From positions 2,496,001 through 2,560,000 of the forward strand of contig CAWELD010000003.1 in assembly GCA_963809895.1 (NCBI GenBank): a stretch of 64,000 nucleotides of DNA, given 5' to 3'. The position numbers and the translations under genes were made by a program. Below the pieces are notes generated by a model. The model was not told the DNA's origin. It searched no databases and worked only from the letters and a program-made list of their open reading frames with translations. This DNA comes from an uncultured Gemmatimonadales bacterium. GTDB lineage: Bacteria > Gemmatimonadota > Gemmatimonadetes > Longimicrobiales > Gaopeijiaceae. Below are positions 20,076 to 29,651 of the stretch, piece by piece (position 1 is the stretch's first letter; each line of letters opens with the position of its first letter).

Positions 20076-21808
20076 GAGGTCCTCCCCGCCAGCGCCAGGC
20101 GCGCCCAGGTGCGGCCGTCGTAGCTGGCCGGCGGCTCCGGGAATCCCTCCAGCACGTGCGCCCATTTCTGGCGGAAGGTCTTCTGATTACGGAGCTGGTG
20201 CCGCTTGACCCCACTCCCGGTGTCGGTGCCCGAAGTGGCGCCCTCGGTGTGCACCACCGTGGCCTCCGGCTGGTAGTAGACCCCCAGGCCCTCGGCCCTT
20301 ACCTGGAAGCAGTAGTCGGTGTCCTCGTAGTAGGCGGGCCGGTAGCGCCGGTCGAACCCGCCGAGCTCGTTGAAGAGGCTGCGTGGCGTGGCGAGCAGCG
20401 CACCGGAGCAGTAGTCCACCCGGCGCAGGTGGCGGTAGACCGAGGCGTCCACCTGGTAGTCGCCCCGGCCGAAGTTGGCTCCGGACCCGTCGCGGTAGAT
20501 GATGCCCCCCGCCTCCTGGAGGCTCCCGTCGGGATAGACCAGCCGTCCGCCCACCGCCCCGGCGTCGCACCGCCCCACGAAGGTCCTGAGCAGCGCGCCG
20601 AGCCACCCGGGAAGGGGCACCGTGTCGTCGTTGAGGAAGACCAGGTACTCGCCCTGGGCTTCGCGGGCACCCCGGTTGCACGAGGCGATGAAGCCTCCGT
20701 TGCGGGCGCTGCGCACCACGCGCAGCCAGGGATGGCGGGCTTCCAGGCGCTCGAGCCCCGCGGTGGTCTCGGGCCCCGAACCGTCGTCCACGATCAGCAC
20801 CTCGCCGTTGAAGTCCCGCGAGAGGGTAGAGGCGAGGCCCCGAACGCACGGCGCCAGGTGCGCGATCCCGTTGTACGTGGGGATGATGACCGAGACCGAA
20901 GGGAGCGTGGGCGGCGGACCGTCCACGTGCTCGATCCCGGGGGTGATCTCCAGTCCATCGCCGTTCCCAGTCCACGACTCCGGGAAGCGCACCACGGTGT
21001 GGGCGGCGACCCGCCTTGCCTCCGCCATGCGTCGGGGATCCTCCCCGCTCAGGGCCACCACATCGACGCTGGCGTCCAGATAGGGCAGGGACCGATCGTC
21101 GGAGGGAGGAGAGAACACGCTGCGGCCGGGCAGGCGAGAGGCGAGCTCCCGGCCCGTGCCCCAGTCCAGGAGCGCGGGCGCGCGCCCCAGGTGGCCCTCC
21201 CAGGCGTCCAGGAGATCGGCCAGTGGCTCCCCGTGCCCCACCCCATCCGCGCCGGTCTCGGCCAATCCGTACACGACGCCCACGTCGTCTTCCCGCGCCA
21301 CGACCCGGTAGCGGCGCCGCAGGTGCCGAGCCAGCCTGGGAAACGCCTCGAGCCACCACGTGGCCGTGGCGGGAAAGAGCAGGTAGTCGGCCCCGTTGGC
21401 TCTGGCCCACTCGAGATTCGCCACCGCGGCGGTGCCGTCGGCCGGATAGAAGCCGGCGTATCCTCCCGCTGGGTCTCGCGGGTAGTGCCCGGCGACGACT
21501 CCCGGCAGGTCCAGGAGTTGCTCGTCACCCCGGGTCAGGACGGCCACCTGCGCGCCCTCGGGCAGTGCCTCTGCCGCGAAACGTCGCAGTCTGCGCTTGA
21601 GGCGACGGTATTCCGACGGCGTCAGTCGATGGGAGTCACTGTTGTCGCGCGATTCCGTTTCCGCTCCGAGCCCGCCGTCGGAGTGCCGCAGCATCTGCCG
21701 AATCTCGTCCACGGCGTCCCAGAGCTCCTCTTCGCTGCGTGCCGTGTCGCGGCGGATGTGACGGAGCTCGTCGAGCACCTGTCCCAGGGCGTCTTCGGAC
21801 GTCGTCAT
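20072..21808 (-). CDS. GT2-family glycosyltransferase with N-terminal unnamed domain
   Basis: VSVIIPTYN, IVDDGS, GFIASCNRGA, FLNDDT, YYEDTDYC motifs; ATGA overlap. Confidence 0.85.
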   Translation of the reverse strand: MTTSEDALGQVLDELRHIRRDTARSEEELWDAVDEIRQMLRHSDGGLGAETESRDNSDSHRLTPSEYRRLKRRLRRFAAEALPEGAQVAVLTRGDEQLLDLPGVVAGHYPRDPAGGYAGFYPADGTAAVANLEWARANGADYLLFPATATWWLEAFPRLARHLRRRYRVVAREDDVGVVYGLAETGADGVGHGEPLADLLDAWEGHLGRAPALLDWGTGRELASRLPGRSVFSPPSDDRSLPYLDASVDVVALSGEDPRRMAEARRVAAHTVVRFPESWTGNGDGLEITPGIEHVDGPPPTLPSVSVIIPTYNGIAHLAPCVRGLASTLSRDFNGEVLIVDDGSGPETTAGLERLEARHPWLRVVRSARNGGFIASCNRGAREAQGEYLVFLNDDTVPLPGWLGALLRTFVGRCDAGAVGGRLVYPDGSLQEAGGIIYRDGSGANFGRGDYQVDASVYRHLRRVDYCSGALLATPRSLFNELGGFDRRYRPAYYEDTDYCFQVRAEGLGVYYQPEATVVHTEGATSGTDTGSGVKRHQLRNQKTFRQKWAHVLEGFPEPPASYDGRTWARLALAGRTS

Positions 21809-24800
21809 TTCGGCCCTCGCTCGGGCGTGGGGTTGATGCAGGACAGAGCGCCGAACAGCTCGGCCTCCAGGGCTTCGGCTTCGGCGACGACCTCCGGATC
21901 CGGCAGGTCGTGGCCCGGTGGCTCCGGCCTCGATCCGGAGCTGTTGATCCTCCGGCGCAGCGGAAGGAGGCAGTCCTCCGACCACGGTTCGCCGACGAAC
22001 TCCAGGCAACTCCTCACCACGGAGGCGGGCGAGGACACCAGGTCCCGGTGCAGCACCCGCAGGATGCGCGCCGGCCCCAGTGTCTCCTCGGCCTGAAGGC
22101 ACGCCCTCACGTGACGGACCCAGCGCACCCACGCCTCGGTGGCGGTGTGCGGCCGGCCGCCGATGTGATGGAAGGCTCGCAAGGAACGGACCACCGGCGC
22201 CGGCTCCCGCAGGAGATGGATGAAGCGAGCCTCGGGGAACAGCTCGGCGAGACCGTCGACGAAGAAGGAGTTCTCCGGAGTGCCGTCGACCCAGCGAGAC
22301 TTGGGATCGTCGGGAGAACGGGCCCGGGCGAAGACATTGTCCTGGGCCACCCGTCGCTCGGGCCAATCCCGGTGCGCCAGGACCAGGCCGTCCACCGTGC
22401 GGCCGAAGGAGCGCATGAAGGTGTCGCGATCGATGCCCTGTGCGCTGATCTGGGAGCGCTCGTCGCGAGACGTGCCCAGCTCGAACGCCTCTCGCAGTCC
22501 CTTGTGGAGGCGCCCGAACCACACGGTCTCCTCGAGGGGGTAGAGGTTCGGGTGCTGTCCCAGCGCCCAGGTGAGCACGCTGGTGCCGGAGCGGGGCGAG
22601 CCGATGATGAGCACCGGGCGCGGCTCCGGAGCCGGATCCCGGCCGTTCAGACGAAACAGACGAAGATCCTCGGTACGCATGATCTCCTCTCCCTCGCGGT
22701 CCAGGTGGACCCGAAGCCCGTCGTAGTGGTCCAGCCACCAGAAGGCGGGCTCGGGCAGCAGGAGGTAGTCGGCACCCCGGCGGCGGAGCGCCCGCAGATG
22801 AGAGACGGCTTCGGCATCGGTACCCGGGTAGAAGCCGGCCCACACGCCGTCGCCACGGTTCGGGAAGTGCCAGCCGGTCCGGCCGGACAGCCGCACGAGC
22901 TCCTCGTCGCCCCGACTGACCACCGCCACAGTGGACCCCGACGGGAGGCGCTGCTCGACGGTCTCCCGCACGCGCTCCACCAGCCTCCGGTAACGAGCGT
23001 CGGGACCCCGGCGCTCCCGCGTCCAGGTGCACCCCCACTTGGCTTCGAAGCGGCGGCGGTTCGCCTCGAAGAGCCGGCCGTAGCTTCCGTCGGCCACCAA
23101 CTCGCCGAACGAGGCCTCGCCCAGATGGTGGACCAGCACGTCCTCGGCGCACAGCAGACGGTAGCCCGCCGAGGTCAGGCGGCGGGAGTAGTCGTCGTCT
23201 TCGAAGAGCCCCCGGCCGAACTCCTCGTCCAGGGGGCCCACGCGTCGCCATGTCTCCCGGCGCAGCGCCAGACAGAAGAGGGCGAGCATGGCCGCCTCTC
23301 GTGCCTCACCCACCCGCTCCACCCGGCGCCGGCGTGCCAGCCTGAGGTACTCGCCGTAGGTGTCCGGCCGGTCGGCCACCTCCGCCTCGGTGCCGATGCG
23401 GTTGGTCACCGGGTTCACGGCCCCCACCTCGTCGTCGCGCAGGTGGACGAGGAGACCGTCGAGCCAACCCGGAGCGACGGCCGTGTCGTTGTTGAGGAAG
23501 ACCAGCACGTCGCCGAGGGCCGCCGCGGCGCCGACGTTGCAAGCGCGAGCGAACCCCTCGTTGGCGGGATTCAGGATCGGCCTCACCCGCCGGTCGTGCG
23601 CCGCCAACGCCCGCAGGTAGCCCGGCGTGCCGTCGCTGGATCCGTTGTCCACCACCACGACTTCGAAGGGCACGTCGGCCCCGTGCTCGAGAAGGCTCTC
23701 GAGACAGAGACGAGTCAGGGCCAGGTTGTCCCAGGTGACCACCACCACGCTGGCCGACGGTGTCACCGAGGCACCGTTTCGTGTGGTCGCCGCCGGGTCG
23801 CCACGCAACGCGGGCATCGCGCCGACGGCCGGCAGCGGTCGGTCCAGCAGCAACCGCTCGGTGGCGCCGTCCAGCCGCAGCGGTCGCCGGGAGCGTGGCT
23901 CGATGGCCAGGTCCAGGGGGACGGGCGGCAGGCCACCGAGCTCGGGGGCCGGCGACGGATGCGAGCGGCCCGGTCCCTCGACCCCCACGTCGGCCAGGAG
24001 CCGCGGCAGCACCACACGGTAGTCGAAGCACGCCCGTGCCACCTCGTGGGCGGCCCGGGACGCTGCCGCGTGGTCCGATTCGATGACCTCCAGCGCCGAC
24101 AGGATGTCGTCCATGTCCTGGAAGCCGAAGAGCCCCTGGCCCGTGGGCAGGACATGGCTGAAGCCGGTCTCCTGGGTGACCACGGGCCTGCCAGCGGCCA
24201 GATAGGTGGCGCTGCGGTCGCTGAACCAGCCGCTACGCAGGCGCACGTTCTGGTCCTTGGCCACGGTGAATTCACCCCTGGACCCGCGCAGGTACTCGCG
24301 GTAGGGCTCGAGCTCCAGCGAGAATTCCGACGCCTCCCGCACACGCCAGCCGTGGGACTCCAGCAGCGCGCGATCCGCGGGCTTGAAGCTGCTGAGCGCC
24401 AGCTCGAACTCGCGCCCGCAGCGCCCGGGAAGATCCAGGAACTTCCTGAACTCCCGGTCCTTGCTCCAGTGGTAGGTCTCGTGTCGGTAGCGGATCTCAC
24501 GGAACGGCTGGTGCCAATTCGCCACCGTCGTGTAGGCCGATCCCACCTCTGCCGTGGGCTCCCAGAAGTCCAGCACCACCGGCTGGCGGGTCGGACGCAG
24601 CTCGAAGCGATCCGAGACGGGGAGCCCGCAGTCGGCTCCCCCGTAGTTCTCGCCGAAGGTGAGCCATGCCCGGTGCGCCTCGAGGAACTCGTGCGTCTCC
24701 TGGCGATCCTGCCAGAGCTCGATCTCCAGCTGCACGGGATCGGTGCCGAGGAACACCAGCCGGTCGGTGGCGGCGTGCTCGGGCCGGGGCCGGGTGCCGC

Positions 24801-25149
24801 CGTGCAGGTTGAGCAGGAGGTCGGCAGTCCGATACGCCTCCAGGAGTCGGTCCAGGCTCATGCCGTAGCACGCGCCGTCGTCGTGCAGCGCGTGGTAGGC
24901 CCAGGCATCGCCCAGATCGAATGGTTCCAGGAGGCGGCGCAGGAACGCCGCGGCCCGGCGGGATCCGGGATCTCCGTCGCGGCGTGTGAACATGGAGGGC
25001 GTGCGCGCGTGGGCCTCCACGTACAGCACGTCCCAGCCCAGGCGCCGAAAGCCCACCAGGTAGTGCAGCGTCTGCCACAGCACCCCGGGCACGGGCATCT
25101 TGGTGATCATCCCCAGAAGAACGATCCGCCGGCCGCCACGGCGGTTCAT
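21805..25149 (-). CDS. Multidomain protein: GT-B-like unit + GT2 + unnamed domain + sulfotransferase
   Basis: GWFSDRSATYLAAGRPV; VVVDNGSSDGT, FLNNDT, FEDDDY; IIGSPRSGTSVL (PAPS-binding loop) and FIHLLREP..S; ATGA overlap. Confidence 0.85.
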   Translation of the reverse strand: MNRRGGRRIVLLGMITKMPVPGVLWQTLHYLVGFRRLGWDVLYVEAHARTPSMFTRRDGDPGSRRAAAFLRRLLEPFDLGDAWAYHALHDDGACYGMSLDRLLEAYRTADLLLNLHGGTRPRPEHAATDRLVFLGTDPVQLEIELWQDRQETHEFLEAHRAWLTFGENYGGADCGLPVSDRFELRPTRQPVVLDFWEPTAEVGSAYTTVANWHQPFREIRYRHETYHWSKDREFRKFLDLPGRCGREFELALSSFKPADRALLESHGWRVREASEFSLELEPYREYLRGSRGEFTVAKDQNVRLRSGWFSDRSATYLAAGRPVVTQETGFSHVLPTGQGLFGFQDMDDILSALEVIESDHAAASRAAHEVARACFDYRVVLPRLLADVGVEGPGRSHPSPAPELGGLPPVPLDLAIEPRSRRPLRLDGATERLLLDRPLPAVGAMPALRGDPAATTRNGASVTPSASVVVVTWDNLALTRLCLESLLEHGADVPFEVVVVDNGSSDGTPGYLRALAAHDRRVRPILNPANEGFARACNVGAAAALGDVLVFLNNDTAVAPGWLDGLLVHLRDDEVGAVNPVTNRIGTEAEVADRPDTYGEYLRLARRRRVERVGEAREAAMLALFCLALRRETWRRVGPLDEEFGRGLFEDDDYSRRLTSAGYRLLCAEDVLVHHLGEASFGELVADGSYGRLFEANRRRFEAKWGCTWTRERRGPDARYRRLVERVRETVEQRLPSGSTVAVVSRGDEELVRLSGRTGWHFPNRGDGVWAGFYPGTDAEAVSHLRALRRRGADYLLLPEPAFWWLDHYDGLRVHLDREGEEIMRTEDLRLFRLNGRDPAPEPRPVLIIGSPRSGTSVLTWALGQHPNLYPLEETVWFGRLHKGLREAFELGTSRDERSQISAQGIDRDTFMRSFGRTVDGLVLAHRDWPERRVAQDNVFARARSPDDPKSRWVDGTPENSFFVDGLAELFPEARFIHLLREPAPVVRSLRAFHHIGGRPHTATEAWVRWVRHVRACLQAEETLGPARILRVLHRDLVSSPASVVRSCLEFVGEPWSEDCLLPLRRRINSSGSRPEPPGHDLPDPEVVAEAEALEAELFGALSCINPTPERGPK

Positions 25150-26987
25150 GCGCCCCCCTGGCCCGAAACGCGCAGCAGCGGCGTGGCCTCCGCCCGCGGG
25201 CCATCGTCACCGTTCTCGGCTGGGCCGGCGGTCTGCGCCTCCCACAGCCGCCGGAAGAGCCCGTCGCGGGCCAGCAGCTCCTCGGGCAGACCCTGCTCCA
25301 CGATGCGACCCTCGTCCACGACCAGGATGCGGTCGGGATTGCGGATAGTGGACAGGCGGTGGGCGATCATGAAGGTGGTGCGGCCCACCATGAGCCGGTC
25401 CAACGCGTCGAGGATGACGCCCTCGGTGCGGGAGTCGATGGACGACGTGGGCTCGTCGAGGATCAGGATGGGGGCGTCCTTGAGGAACGCCCGGGCCACC
25501 GCGATGCGTTGGCGCTCACCGCCGGACAGCCCTACGCCCTTCTCGCCGATGTCCGTGTCGTAGCCGTCGGGGAGCGCCACGATGAAGTCGTGGGCGTTGG
25601 CCGCCCGCGCCGCAGCCTCCACCGCGTCCATATCCGCGTCCAGCCGCCCGTAACGGATGTTCTCGGCGATGGTCCCGGAGAAGAGCAGCGAATCCTGCAG
25701 CACGATGCTGATCTGGGCCCTGAGGGACTCCACCTCGAGTTCCCGCAGGTCGACGCCGTCGAGCAGCACGCGCCCGGCCCCCGGGTCGTAGAAGCGCGGC
25801 AGGAGGCTCACCAGGGTGCTCTTGCCCGCGCCGGTGGGCCCCACGATACCGACCACCTCGCCGGGCGCCACGTGGAAGGACACTCCCCGCAGCGTGTGAT
25901 CACGCCCGTCGTACGTGAAGGCGACGTCTTCGAAGGCGATGCCACCTTCCACCCGATCCAGGACGGTGGCCCCGGGGAGCGATCGGATCTGGGGCTCCGT
26001 GTCCAGCAGCTCGAAGGCCATCTCCAGGGCGATGAAACGCTCCTGCAGAGAGCCCACCGTGCTGGTGATGGTCTCCAGAGGCTTGTAGATGGAGGCGATG
26101 TAGCTGAGGACCACCAGAAGATCACCGCCGGTGAGCCGACCCTGGAGGATCTGGTAGACCCCGACGCCCAGCACCAACGCCGTGCCCGCGGCGGTGGCGG
26201 TGTTGACCACGAGAGAGAACGCGGTCTGACGCACGGTCACGCCCACGCGGGCCGTCACTGCACGTTCGCCCTGGTCCCTGAAGCGCCGGTACTCGTGATC
26301 CTCCCGCCCAAAGGCGAGGATCACCCGGATCATGGACACGGCCTCGTGGATGATGGAGAGGGACTCCCCCTCCATGTTCCGCACCTCGCGCAGGCGGGGT
26401 TGGATCCGCGACACGTAGTTCCCCACGGCCAGGTAGAGGAAGGGCACGACCGTGAGGGATAGGAGCGCCAGCAGGGGGTCGATGGTGTAGGTGATCCAGA
26501 ACATCCCCACCAACGTCAGCGCGCTCTGGACCATGGGGAGGATCGCCATGACCAGGCCCGCCGCCGAGTTCGCCTGGAAGTTGATGGCGTAGATGAGGGT
26601 GCCCGACCGCTTGCGATCGTGGTATGCGAGTGACAGCCGTTGGGCGTGGCGGAACAGGTCGCTACGCAGGTCCAGGACCATGCCCTGCGAAAGGCGGGTC
26701 TCCACGTAGCTGTTCACGACCTTGAGCCCGTTTCCCACCAGCGTGAGCCCGAATCCCCCGGCCACAACGGCGATCATGAGAAGCACACGGTCGTCGGCCA
26801 GGGGCCCGAGAACCGGCTGGAGGGGGCCCGGGAGAGGATGCGTGCTCAGCACGCTGTCGAAGAGGATCTTCAGCGGCCAGGGCTGCACGAGCGCCATGAG
26901 CGAAAGGGCGACCGTGATGGTCACCGTGATGGCGGCAGACACCCAGTAGGGCTTCAGGTAGACCAGTACGCGAGGCAGATAGCGCAT
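25146..26987 (-). CDS. ABC exporter, fused permease/ATPase (MsbA/NdvA-like)
   Basis: N-terminal TM domain; GPTGAGKS, LSGGERQ, ILILDEPT, IAHRLST. Confidence 0.92.
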   Translation of the reverse strand: MRYLPRVLVYLKPYWVSAAITVTITVALSLMALVQPWPLKILFDSVLSTHPLPGPLQPVLGPLADDRVLLMIAVVAGGFGLTLVGNGLKVVNSYVETRLSQGMVLDLRSDLFRHAQRLSLAYHDRKRSGTLIYAINFQANSAAGLVMAILPMVQSALTLVGMFWITYTIDPLLALLSLTVVPFLYLAVGNYVSRIQPRLREVRNMEGESLSIIHEAVSMIRVILAFGREDHEYRRFRDQGERAVTARVGVTVRQTAFSLVVNTATAAGTALVLGVGVYQILQGRLTGGDLLVVLSYIASIYKPLETITSTVGSLQERFIALEMAFELLDTEPQIRSLPGATVLDRVEGGIAFEDVAFTYDGRDHTLRGVSFHVAPGEVVGIVGPTGAGKSTLVSLLPRFYDPGAGRVLLDGVDLRELEVESLRAQISIVLQDSLLFSGTIAENIRYGRLDADMDAVEAAARAANAHDFIVALPDGYDTDIGEKGVGLSGGERQRIAVARAFLKDAPILILDEPTSSIDSRTEGVILDALDRLMVGRTTFMIAHRLSTIRNPDRILVVDEGRIVEQGLPEELLARDGLFRRLWEAQTAGPAENGDDGPRAEATPLLRVSGQGGA

Positions 26988-26988
26988 G

Positions 26989-29583
26989 TCAGCCCGCTGC
27001 CTGTAGCCAGGTGCGGCGCTGGACGGGAGCCGCGGGCGTCGGCTCCTCTCCCGACGGTCGCGCGTCCGCTTCGGCGGGATCGGCGAGCACGTCGTCCACG
27101 GCCCCGTGGACGGCCGCGCTCAGGGCGGCGGCGGCGGTCCCGGTCTCCCAGATCGCGCGCACCGCGCCGACCAGGGCGGTTCCACCGAGCAGGACCGCGA
27201 CTCCGGTGGCGCCATCGGCCAGCCCCCATAGTCCCAGCCCCCCGCCCAACACGACCAACGCCCAGGTCACGCCCCTGAGACGTGGCTCCAGCGCGAAGCG
27301 CAACACCTGTTGGCCCTGCTCGTGCCACTCGGCACAGCTCCGCAAGCGGACGGCGCCCATGGCGCCGCCCTCCACCTCCAGGTCCCAGCGATCCCAACCG
27401 TCGTCGCGGCGCACCACGCACCCCCAATCGGTGAGGGTCCGCTCCACCTGAGCCAGAAGACGCGGCAACGCCACCCCGTCGTCACGCCAGAATCTGAGCC
27501 GCATGGCACGGGGCCACAGGAAGCGCGTCGTCCGCGCCCGGGCACGCCACGGCACGAGCCCACGCAGCCAACGACCCTTGAGACGGGCCAGGGGCTGCAT
27601 CAGGTGAAGAAGTGCCGTCAGCCGCCGGTGGCGGATCTCATCCCGGGCGTCGGGGAACGGGCGTTGGAAGCGCGCTCGCGAGGCCCCCACCCAGGCCCGC
27701 ACAACCGTGGTGCCCGCGCCGACGACGAGGAGGGGTGCCGCTGCCAACAGCGGCGGCCAGGAGAGCCCGATGACCGACAGGACCGCCAGCACCGCGAGAA
27801 CCAGATACCATTCGGGCATGGCGGCGGCCTGCCACAACAGGCTGGGTCCCGGATCCTCGCGGTGCTGGAAGGGAGCCTGCCCCCAGGTGCCGCCGTAGAC
27901 CCTCGCTCGCTTGAACGGAAGCACGAGCGGGCCCTGCCCGTACACGCGGCCGCCCCAGGTCACGTGACCGACGACGTTGTATTTCTCGGGCCACTTGGCC
28001 TCCAGCAGGGCCTCGGCTGCGCCGTACCCGCACTGCTGCCGCCAGTAACCTCGCACGGTGCCCCTGGGCTGGTGCCACACCACGGCGCCGGGATTGAAGC
28101 CGATGCGCCACCCCCGCGCTTCGATGCGCCAGCACAGATCCACGTCGTCGCCCGCGACCCGGAAACGCGGGTCGAAGCCGCCGAGCTCCAGGAGCGCCGA
28201 ACGCCGAAAGGCCATGTTGCACCCTGGAATGTGCTCCGCCTCGCGATCCGTCCTCAGCACGTGGATGGGGCCGCCCGGGGCGTTGGCCACACACGCGCCC
28301 ACCATGTCCTGCCCGGGCGGGGGGATGTTGGGTCCGCCCACACCGACCACGTCCGACGACTCGAAGGTGCGCGCCAGGTGGGTCAGCCAGTCGGGATCCG
28401 GCCAGGCGTCGGCGTCGATGAACGCCACGATGTCACCGCGGGCCTCCTGGATGCCGGTGTTGCGCGCGCGGCTGAGCCCTCGGTTGCGCGTTCGGATGAG
28501 CCGCACGGGGTGGCGGACGGCGATGGACGCCGTGTCGTCGCTGGAACCGTCGTCGACGACGATGACCTCGAAGTCCGGATAGTCCAGGCGCGCGATCCCC
28601 CGGAGGCAGGCATCCAGCGTGTCGGCAGCATCGTAGGCGCACACGACCACGGAGATCCGCGGCCAGTCCACACCCTCCAGCGGATCCGGCTCCGCGAACG
28701 TGCGACTCACCGCGTGCAGCGCGGGCTTGGGGCTCCGATCCCGTCGCGTCAGGCCGAACTCCCAGTCCTCCACGTCGCGGCCACCGCGGTGCCACTCGTC
28801 GGTCCAAGCGAAGGCGAACGAACCGGCACACCCCGCCGTCTCCACGGCTCTCAGGTGACTCGACAGGATGCGAGCCTGCTCGGAGAGCCCGTTGCGCCGG
28901 CTGTCCAGGCCGAGCTCCGCCACCAGCAGGGGACGATCCGCCGCCAGGTTCTGAAGGCGGGCCAGATACGCGCTCAGTCGGGGCGTCGATTCCAGATAGA
29001 CGTTGAAGGACAGGAAATCCAGGAACGGAAGGTCCAGGTATTCCGTGGACGGGTAGTTGGCGTAGGTGACCAGCGCTTCCGGGTCGACCTCCTTCGCCGC
29101 TTCGAACAGCATGTGGATGTGACGCTCCACCCTGCGGCGGCCGGACCAGCGCACGATGGGCGCCGGCACCTCGTTCCCCACGGCGTACGCCAGGACCGCC
29201 TGATGCCCGCGGCAGCGGAGCACCCCGTCACGGATGCGGGCCTGGATGGTACGCCCCAGTCCCGGCTCGTCCAGGAAGGAGACGTGCTGCTCCCAGGGAA
29301 TCCCCACCAGGAGCCGGAGCCCTGCCTCGGCCGCTTGGTCCAGGAGCCACTCCGGCGGCACGGTGTAGGTGCGCACCGCGTTGAAGCCCGCGCGGACCAT
29401 GGCGTCGAAGTCCGAGGCGACCGTCGCCGGCTCAGGGAACGGCTCCCCGAAGCGTCCGGGCCGGAAGGTGCCGTAGGTGACCCCCCGAACGAGGAGCTTC
29501 CGCCCTCCGACGTAGATGAACTTGCCGTGGGCCCGTGGGCGGGCGTCGCCCTGCGCCGGGGCCCCCATGACGGCTACCGCCAT
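26989..29583 (-). CDS. Glycoside hydrolase clan-A TIM barrel (GH2-like) fused to GT2 with C-terminal membrane segments
   Basis: GFNAVRTY, VGNE, VAELG, FAWTDEW; then ISVVVCAY, VVDDGS, FIDAD, GCNMAFR, GDDVDLCWR; hydrophobic C-terminus. Confidence 0.85.
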   Translation of the reverse strand: MAVAVMGAPAQGDARPRAHGKFIYVGGRKLLVRGVTYGTFRPGRFGEPFPEPATVASDFDAMVRAGFNAVRTYTVPPEWLLDQAAEAGLRLLVGIPWEQHVSFLDEPGLGRTIQARIRDGVLRCRGHQAVLAYAVGNEVPAPIVRWSGRRRVERHIHMLFEAAKEVDPEALVTYANYPSTEYLDLPFLDFLSFNVYLESTPRLSAYLARLQNLAADRPLLVAELGLDSRRNGLSEQARILSSHLRAVETAGCAGSFAFAWTDEWHRGGRDVEDWEFGLTRRDRSPKPALHAVSRTFAEPDPLEGVDWPRISVVVCAYDAADTLDACLRGIARLDYPDFEVIVVDDGSSDDTASIAVRHPVRLIRTRNRGLSRARNTGIQEARGDIVAFIDADAWPDPDWLTHLARTFESSDVVGVGGPNIPPPGQDMVGACVANAPGGPIHVLRTDREAEHIPGCNMAFRRSALLELGGFDPRFRVAGDDVDLCWRIEARGWRIGFNPGAVVWHQPRGTVRGYWRQQCGYGAAEALLEAKWPEKYNVVGHVTWGGRVYGQGPLVLPFKRARVYGGTWGQAPFQHREDPGPSLLWQAAAMPEWYLVLAVLAVLSVIGLSWPPLLAAAPLLVVGAGTTVVRAWVGASRARFQRPFPDARDEIRHRRLTALLHLMQPLARLKGRWLRGLVPWRARARTTRFLWPRAMRLRFWRDDGVALPRLLAQVERTLTDWGCVVRRDDGWDRWDLEVEGGAMGAVRLRSCAEWHEQGQQVLRFALEPRLRGVTWALVVLGGGLGLWGLADGATGVAVLLGGTALVGAVRAIWETGTAAAALSAAVHGAVDDVLADPAEADARPSGEEPTPAAPVQRRTWLQAAG

Positions 29584-29651
29584 GTCCGGCTCGCCAACCT
29601 GATCGACAACGTCTCCTCCCCTGCTTCGGTCCCACGAGGCACCTCAGCGGG

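Noticed and set aside
21739..25563. 1274-aa plus-strand ORF and other long antisense ORFs (12043-13929, 27310-29688, 44834-46753, 53955-56294)
   Set aside because: Antisense shadows of recognisable genes, expected in high-GC DNA; no motifs of their own
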